This document shows, one piece after another, positions 6,514-11,908 of a DNA stretch of 11,908 bases. The notes below the pieces were generated by a model. The model was not told the origin of the DNA and did not search any database. It saw nothing but the letters and a program-made list of their open reading frames with translations. The DNA is from an uncultured archaeon (lineage in GTDB: Archaea; Asgardarchaeota; Lokiarchaeia; Sigyniarchaeales; SOKP01). The position numbers and the translations under genes were made by a program. The DNA lies in assembly GCA_964493715.1 (NCBI GenBank), contig CAZBPC010000097.1, forward strand, positions 1 to 11,908, written 5' to 3'. Numbering within the stretch: the first letter of the stretch is position 1; each line of letters begins with the position of its first letter.

Positions 6514-8709
6514 ATGGCTTTTATATTCCAAGGAAAATCAGAGAAAGAAGTTATAATTAAATGCAAGTTATGTTTCTCCGATGTAAAATTTGTCATTTCA
6601 TTAGCTGAATATCAAAATGCAACACAGTTTCCGCTAGTAAAAGAGTCAATCCATGGAACTCCTCCTCATAAGTTAATAATATCCTTAGATAAAAACTTGG
6701 AACTTAAAGAATTTAATATTGAAGATATCATCGACAAGGATGTTTCTTATTCAAAGGAATTAACTTTTCAAGTTTTAAGTGATATACAGCTAAATGAAGA
6801 GGAGATTGAACTATACTTCTTGACAACTGGTCGAGATGCTGTTTCTTTAGGGGAAATATCCATCCTTATCAACAAGGATAGTGATGAAAGCAAGAGGATC
6901 GCTGACAAATTCGTTGAAAAAGGATTATACAAGGAAATTGTTGGAGCCACTCCCCATTATGCCCCCTTACCACCATATGCAGCATTAATTAAACAATTAT
7001 CAAATTTTGATGAATACATCAAAGATATTAAGGAACAAGCTCCAGCTCAGTTAAATGAATCTTTTTCACAACTAGAAGCAAAGAGTAAAGGTATCAATGA
7101 ACTAAATGAGTACACAGAGTTTATTAGAAAATTGAAGGATAGAATTGAAAGTCAAATGGAGATTCAGAAAGTTGAAGTTGATAAAGCAATTAAAGTTATC
7201 GGGGAAATAAAAAACATTAATAACGTAATTTCTAACCTTGAAAATGATACAAAGGTAATTATAGAAGAGCAAATCAAAGATATCGAAGAACAATTTGAAG
7301 AAATGAAGAACTTAATTAGTAACAATCTACAAGAACTCCACTTAGGAGTCATCAGTAAGACTGTTAATCAGATAATTGATAATGTATTAAATGCGCGAAT
7401 GCAAATAATAGTAGATGGATTTAATACTAAACTTATCTCAAAAATTAGGAATATCATGAAAGACATCTCTGAAAATATTAATGCAATTACCGACTCCTCG
7501 TTGAAAACAGGAGAGACTTTAGAAGAAACTTTTTCAAACGTTACTGAATTGTTCACCAAAAATGTTACATATGCTGAGGAAAAGGTAAAAGGTATTTCAG
7601 ATCAAATCTTGGGTTCTTTTGAAGATTTGAAAAATACTTTTACTACTCGGGTCGTAAACACGCTAAGTGAAGAATTATTAAAGATTCTTAATCGATTAGA
7701 AATAAGCCAAATAACTACTAAAGAATTTTGGGAACAAGCAAAAAAGAAGAGCGTGATGTCCATGAGAGATATCTGGTTTATTCGATCTGTTGAAGGGGCA
7801 AGAGCTCACATCAATGAAGAAATATCTAAAACAAAGATGAGATTATTAATCGTAGCACCAAATATTACTGAAATTAATACATCACTCCTCCAATCACTCC
7901 CAAAACACGTCAATATCCGAATTGCTACATATATCAATCCGGATATCCCTGAACACAATGACGTGCTCCAAAATTTAGAAGGAATGCAAAACGTCTCCTA
8001 TAGAAATCGCGAACAACAAGATTTATGGGGGATTAATAGGGACTATGAAGAAGTTATTCTATGCATATTATCTAAAATAGATATAGGAAAAGAAGAAGGA
8101 ATAGAAATAGGGGGGATCGGCAGTATAGTCCAACAACACATTAAAATATTCGTACCAGTTCTTGAGGAGGCGTGGATAGGATCCCAAAAGACAGTAATGC
8201 CTGCAATGAGAACATCTTTTACGCAGAAATCAGTTCAACCTTCAGGTAGCTCAATTATTGGTGAATTGGATAGAAGTAAGGTGTTTACTGAGAATATTCA
8301 TAGCCATTCCTTGCCAAGTTCACCTTCAATCCCGAGTAAAAATTTACAAGCTGAAGTAAATATTCCAAGTATCGATAAGGTTCGGTTAACACCTATAAAT
8401 TTAGATCGAAGTTCAAGCACGCAAGCTAAATCAACTCAAACAGAAACTATTGACGCAGGAGGTTTATCAATCGGAGAACAATTAGATTTTTTGATAGCAA
8501 GCCTTCAAAAAAAAACGGGTCCTCAATTAGCTGAGATTTTAGAAAACATAAAAAATAAGATTGAATCAGAATTTGGATACGTTAGCATCTTAAGTCCTAT
8601 AGTAAATACGATTGCTGATCTGAATCAAATTCCGGGGTTAATCTCCTTAGCAGATGAGCAAGGTTTTGCAAATAGAATAAAATTCTGGAAGAAAAAACTT
8701 AATCTATAA
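6514..8709 (+). CDS. Multidomain TrmB-like protein, 731 aa: CxxC..H..H Zn-binding module, wHTH, long coiled coil, PLD-fold effector-type domain, S/P-rich linker, C-terminal helical bundle
   Basis: C17-K-L-C20, H47, H52. aa ~85-155 LSDIQLNEEEIELY..GEIS..KFVEKGLY..PHYAPLPP matches the TrmB N-terminal HTH pattern. aa ~155-415 is heptad-rich in E/K/I/N. aa ~418-556 IWFIRS..HINEEISKTKMRLLIVAP..VNIRI..RDYEEVIL..EEAW resembles the TrmB C-terminal/PLD-like fold, with no HxKxxxxD. Confidence 0.75.
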   Translation: MAFIFQGKSEKEVIIKCKLCFSDVKFVISLAEYQNATQFPLVKESIHGTPPHKLIISLDKNLELKEFNIEDIIDKDVSYSKELTFQVLSDIQLNEEEIELYFLTTGRDAVSLGEISILINKDSDESKRIADKFVEKGLYKEIVGATPHYAPLPPYAALIKQLSNFDEYIKDIKEQAPAQLNESFSQLEAKSKGINELNEYTEFIRKLKDRIESQMEIQKVEVDKAIKVIGEIKNINNVISNLENDTKVIIEEQIKDIEEQFEEMKNLISNNLQELHLGVISKTVNQIIDNVLNARMQIIVDGFNTKLISKIRNIMKDISENINAITDSSLKTGETLEETFSNVTELFTKNVTYAEEKVKGISDQILGSFEDLKNTFTTRVVNTLSEELLKILNRLEISQITTKEFWEQAKKKSVMSMRDIWFIRSVEGARAHINEEISKTKMRLLIVAPNITEINTSLLQSLPKHVNIRIATYINPDIPEHNDVLQNLEGMQNVSYRNREQQDLWGINRDYEEVILCILSKIDIGKEEGIEIGGIGSIVQQHIKIFVPVLEEAWIGSQKTVMPAMRTSFTQKSVQPSGSSIIGELDRSKVFTENIHSHSLPSSPSIPSKNLQAEVNIPSIDKVRLTPINLDRSSSTQAKSTQTETIDAGGLSIGEQLDFLIASLQKKTGPQLAEILENIKNKIESEFGYVSILSPIVNTIADLNQIPGLISLADEQGFANRIKFWKKKLNL

Positions 8710-8833
8710 TTAGTATCTTTTAATTTCTTACATCTCATCTATTAAAATCCCATCTTATTACTTATTATAATAATATATTTAGAGAGAAAATTGTGTGAAT
8801 CAATTTTTTTTAATCAAGCATCAGCATGAAATT

Positions 8834-8860
8834 AAAAAATCTTATAAAGCTTTTTATATA
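8834..8860 (+). promoter_or_regulatory. Putative BRE/TATA promoter for the membrane protein gene
   Basis: A-run followed by CTTATAAA (8841-8848), 23-30 nt before ATG 8871, compatible with a leaderless archaeal transcript. A second TATA-like run is at 8851-8860. Confidence 0.4.
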
Positions 8861-8870
8861 AGGATTAATC

Positions 8871-9425
8871 ATGGCTATTAGTTTTCATTTTCGGGTTCCA
8901 GGCATTTCTGAGATCCTTACCTTAATATCTTTCATCAGCTTGTTAATTGGGAGTTTACTATTAAAAAAGGAAAACAAGCATAAAGCAACGTATTTATTCC
9001 TTATGGGAAGTTCATTCGAAGTGTTATGGCAAGTTATTAACTTTTTTATTCCCGGAATAATCCTACCAATGATACCAAGTCCTGAAGATATAGAATTTGT
9101 AGGAACTTATGCCTTGATCTTCACGGGAATAATTCCAGGAACCGTGTTAATTTTAAGCGTTGGAATTCTACCGTTACTGTTTGCCCTGAAAAATAAAAAA
9201 TCAGATTACATTCACTCTTTAGAAATTGGGGCAATAATTCTAATAATTTCTGTTTTAATTGGAATGATTCTAGGTAATTCATTGTTAAACATAATTTCAA
9301 TGATACTATTGGCAATTTCGATGTTTTATTTTTCTCTGTATGGGTATTATCTAAAGAATTGGGCATTAATTATATTTAGTGTCTTATTCTTCATATCCAG
9401 GGGTCTTTATCTATTAAATTTTTAG
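8871..9425 (+). CDS. Hypothetical integral membrane protein, 184 aa, about 6 TM helices
   Basis: Alternating ~20-aa hydrophobic stretches and short Lys-rich loops (KKENKHK, KNKKSD, LKN); no family motif recognised. Confidence 0.8.
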   Translation: MAISFHFRVPGISEILTLISFISLLIGSLLLKKENKHKATYLFLMGSSFEVLWQVINFFIPGIILPMIPSPEDIEFVGTYALIFTGIIPGTVLILSVGILPLLFALKNKKSDYIHSLEIGAIILIISVLIGMILGNSLLNIISMILLAISMFYFSLYGYYLKNWALIIFSVLFFISRGLYLLNF

Positions 9426-9563
9426 GTCTTTTGTAATAAAAAGTAAATAAAAAATAATTTACTAATATATCCCAAATTCCCAATTAATTATGTATAAAGG
9501 TTACAACTATGTTCTAAAGAGGTATAATAAAGAGCAACTCATTAAGGATGTGTAAAAATTTCT

Positions 9564-9570
9564 AAAAAAA
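9564..9570 (-). terminator. U7 tract ending the peroxiredoxin-like transcript
   Basis: A7 on + (T7 on -) immediately after the 3' UTR hairpin. Confidence 0.5.
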
Positions 9571-9571
9571 G

Positions 9572-9655
9572 TATGAATTTTGATTCGGATAAGTGTGGCT
9601 AACTTTTTAGAATAAAATTCGACCATTTCTTATATTTTATTCCTTCCAAATCATA
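9572..9655 (-). promoter_or_regulatory. 3' UTR stem-loop, candidate SECIS element
   Basis: On the mRNA strand: UGAUUUGGA (9653-9645) pairs with UCCGAAUCA (9589-9581); inner AUAAG/CUUAU, UGGU/GCCA and AAUUUU/AAAGUU. Three G-U pairs work only on this strand. It begins just after the stop codon. A canonical AUGA/GA kink-turn could not be assigned. Confidence 0.45.
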
Positions 9656-9656
9656 A

Positions 9657-10130
9657 TTATTTGTTTAGATTTTTAAGTACATCAAATATTTCTTCAATTT
9701 TGGGAATATCATCCATTGAATCGCTATAATGTGCATATCTTATTATTGATTGCTTATCTATTATTAGAAGTGCTGGCATTCTACCAAATTTTAAAGGTTT
9801 TATTTCTTGGTTTAACATTTTATTGACTTTCTTTTTATCATCATAATATACAGGGTAATCTTTTGCATATTCGGATTCAAATTTTTTTGCATTTTCAAGG
9901 TTATCGGGTAAGATTGCATATAATTCTGTATCTAATTCTTTAAATTTTGTTAAGTTATTTCGCAAGCTTTTTGAATGTGCCTTGGCATAAGGTCAACTTT
10001 TGCTTCTAAATAACACTATCACTACGTTTTTTTTCCCTTTAAATTGAAGTATATTTGTTGTTTCATTTCTAGAATTTGGTAGACTAAACTCGCTGATTTC
10101 AGTACCAACTAGATTAAATTTATCTTTCAA
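9657..10130 (-). CDS. Peroxiredoxin-like (AhpC/TSA, thioredoxin fold) probable selenoprotein, 157 aa, Sec46
   Basis: From TTG 10130 (AAGTGA SD-like upstream): MKDKFNLVGTEISEFSLPNSRNETTNILQFKGKKNVVIVLFRSKS-TGA-PYAKAHSKSLRNNL...ELYAILPD...GRMPALLIIDKQSIIRYAH. TGA at 9995-9993 is in frame with the track ORF 9657..9965 and sits at the CPxC first-Cys position. Both halves match the AhpC/TSA pattern. Confidence 0.88.
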
Positions 10131-10209
10131 TTTTATTTCACTTATTTTTAATGATTTATGAGGATATCTTGTGAAAAGCTTAAAAAATTAATTCTTCTAA
10201 TTTAAAAAT

Positions 10210-10229
10210 CAGAAATTTTTCAATTTCTG
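10210..10229. repeat. Perfect 8-bp inverted repeat CAGAAATT-N4-AATTTCTG
   Basis: Read directly. On the minus strand the loop is GAAA and it is followed by ATTTTT; it lies 80 nt upstream of the peroxiredoxin-like start. Confidence 0.6.
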
Positions 10230-10617
10230 CAATTGTTGGTTTAAATCTATCCCTATCATCTTACGCTTAACCAAATAAAAATTAAAAAAAAATACTAAAT
10301 TCGGTATGTCTCTGCAATTTATATACTAAAAAAAATATCTTTTATTTATCCTCAAGATAAAAAGAAGATTGATTTTTGAATTAGATTAATTGATCGGTGT
10401 GATTTTAAGGAATTCTCACAGAAACATTAGAAAAAATAGGTTAATCATTATTCTTCTCTAAATATAAAATGATTCAAGAAGATAAATCTAATAGAGATCT
10501 TATTGATTTCTCCATAAATTTATTTGTAATAAAGAAATGATATCATTGTGGTTTAGTAGGCTTTTATTTCAAAGTTTGTCTAATTTTTTTTTTAAAATTT
10601 TAATCTTTTTCTCAAAG

Positions 10618-10625
10618 AAAAAAAA
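10618..10625 (-). terminator. U8 tract after the oxidoreductase stop codon
   Basis: A8 on + two bases past the TAA (10630-10628). Confidence 0.5.
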
Positions 10626-10627
10626 TA

Positions 10628-11908
10628 TTATACCTGAAATAGTTTGTTTATTTGTTCTGCGATTATTTTACCTTGAGCAACTGCATCAACAACGCTTTTA
10701 GATCCTGAAACACAGTCCCCTCCAGCTAAAACCTCGGGAATTGAAGTAAAGAAATTTTCATCAACAAGGATGGTTTTACGTTCCGTGAGCTTTAAATTTT
10801 CTTGGTATATACCATTTAGATCAGGTTCCTGACCTATCGCTTCCATTACAAAGTTAGCGTTTACTTTAAAGTAAGCATCATCAATTGGGATGGGCATGGG
10901 TCGCCCGCTTGAATCAACTTCCCCTAATTCCATCTTTTGACATACTGCTCCAATACTTACATCATCATTACAGATAAATTCGGTTGGTACCGTTAAAAAT
11001 TCGATCTTAACACCCTCTTCTTCTGATTCTATAATTTCAGCTTTGCCCGCAGGCATCTGTTCTTTTTCTCTCCGATATAAAATAGATGCTTCTGCACCCA
11101 TTCGTATTGAAACACGAGCAGCATCAGTAGCAGTACTTCCCCCTCCAATTATAGCCACTCTCTTATTCTTTAAATCTGGAATTTCCTTTTGCAAATTGAA
11201 GTTTTTTAAGAACTCTAAGGCGTGCAATACAGGTTTTGAATCTTCTCCTGGAATTTGCAACCAATTTGCTTTATGTGATCCAATTCCGATTACAACAACA
11301 CTAAATCCTAATCCAAATAAATCTTTAATCATGAATTTTTCATCGATACTTCTACTAGTTTCAAACTTGATCCCCACCTTTTTAATATTCTCGATCTCCT
11401 GATTTATAACATCTCTAGGGAGTCGGAATGCTGGGATTTCTGACACTAGCATTCCCCCGGGAACTTCTAATTTTTCAAATATTGTCACTCCTATTCCATG
11501 TTTTCGCAAGAAATATGCAGTGCTTAAACCTAAAGGTCCAGATCCAATTATAGCAACTTCCTTGCCAATTTCAGGCTTACATTCATAATAATCTTCAATT
11601 AAATCATAATTATCCACTAAAAAACGTTTAATTGATGGGATCTGTATTGGCTCACCTTGATTTCCAGCTGTACAATGTAATTGACAATAGCCTGGACACA
11701 CTCTTTCAACACTCCTTGGAAAGGGATAATGTTCATATATGATTCTTAATGCATCTTCAATTTTGTTATCTAAAATGCTTCCAATGATTTCTCTTGAATT
11801 GCAGTGTGTAGGACAAAATTTCATGCAAGGTGGAGGTTTTACTTCGGGATCACTCTTTTTAAAACATTGAAAACATCGTTCACATTCCTTTTTAACTTCG
11901 TCTATATC
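10628..11908 (-). CDS. GltD/NfnB(SudA)-like FAD- and NADPH-dependent Fe-S oxidoreductase (5' partial)
   Basis: Frame stays open past the track start (11824) to the edge: DIDEVKKECERCFQCFKKSDPEVKPPPCMKFCP (CxxC..CxxxCP). Also RVCPGYCQLHC, FAD site IIGSGPLG, GGML..IPAFRLP, second dinucleotide site IIGGGSTATDAAR with YRR (NADPH-type), and AGGDCVSG..VVDAVAQG. Confidence 0.92.
   Translation of the reverse strand, partial: DIDEVKKECERCFQCFKKSDPEVKPPPCMKFCPTHCNSREIIGSILDNKIEDALRIIYEHYPFPRSVERVCPGYCQLHCTAGNQGEPIQIPSIKRFLVDNYDLIEDYYECKPEIGKEVAIIGSGPLGLSTAYFLRKHGIGVTIFEKLEVPGGMLVSEIPAFRLPRDVINQEIENIKKVGIKFETSRSIDEKFMIKDLFGLGFSVVVIGIGSHKANWLQIPGEDSKPVLHALEFLKNFNLQKEIPDLKNKRVAIIGGGSTATDAARVSIRMGAEASILYRREKEQMPAGKAEIIESEEEGVKIEFLTVPTEFICNDDVSIGAVCQKMELGEVDSSGRPMPIPIDDAYFKVNANFVMEAIGQEPDLNGIYQENLKLTERKTILVDENFFTSIPEVLAGGDCVSGSKSVVDAVAQGKIIAEQINKLFQV

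Noticed and set aside
6768-7559. Four short minus-strand ORFs (6768..6950, 7102..7293, 7164..7352, 7368..7559)
   Set aside because: Antisense to the 731-aa gene; their F/L/I/S-rich composition is what the reverse complement of E/K/N-rich codons gives.
7765-8180. PLD-family nuclease/defence effector
   Set aside because: No HxKxxxxD catalytic motif; fits a non-catalytic TrmB-type domain.
9121-9366. 81-aa minus-strand ORF
   Set aside because: Antisense shadow of the membrane protein gene.
9657-9965. 102-aa ORF as a complete gene, or the locus as a nonsense pseudogene
   Set aside because: It lacks the N-terminal strands and active site, which are present in frame upstream. The only interruption is a TGA exactly at the catalytic position, favouring Sec, though a pseudogene is not formally excluded.
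11043-11402. 119-aa plus-strand ORF
   Set aside because: Antisense shadow of the oxidoreductase.
10628-11908. Assigning the symbol gltD
   Set aside because: GltD-like domains occur in NfnB/SudA and many other complexes; the partner gene and N-terminus are outside the window.
1-11908. CRISPR array, tRNA/rRNA, IS element
   Set aside because: No regularly spaced nucleotide repeats, GC-rich structured RNA, transposase or terminal inverted repeats seen by eye.

Overview
AT-rich (roughly 30% GC by eye) archaeal-type DNA. The gene content (roadblock-fused Rab-like GTPase, longin-like/winged-helix protein, TrmB-type coiled-coil protein, Ig-like repeat surface protein, UGA-containing peroxiredoxin-like gene) points to an Asgard archaeon, probably Lokiarchaeia (inference). 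I support seven protein genes, three of which the ORF track misses or truncates: (1) a >1048-aa secreted glycoprotein (minus, <1..3145) absent from the track; (2) a peroxiredoxin-like gene (minus, 9657..10130) with an in-frame TGA at the catalytic Cys position, i.e. a probable selenoprotein, followed by a strand-specific 3' hairpin and U-tract; (3) a GltD/NfnB-like flavoprotein running off the right edge. The core of the window is a possible signalling cluster: longin-like + 2x wHTH gene convergent with a roadblock-GTPase-pseudoGTPase gene, which is divergent from a Zn-finger/TrmB/coiled-coil gene. I saw no rRNA, tRNA, CRISPR array or mobile element. All domain calls are from manual motif reading, not database searches.
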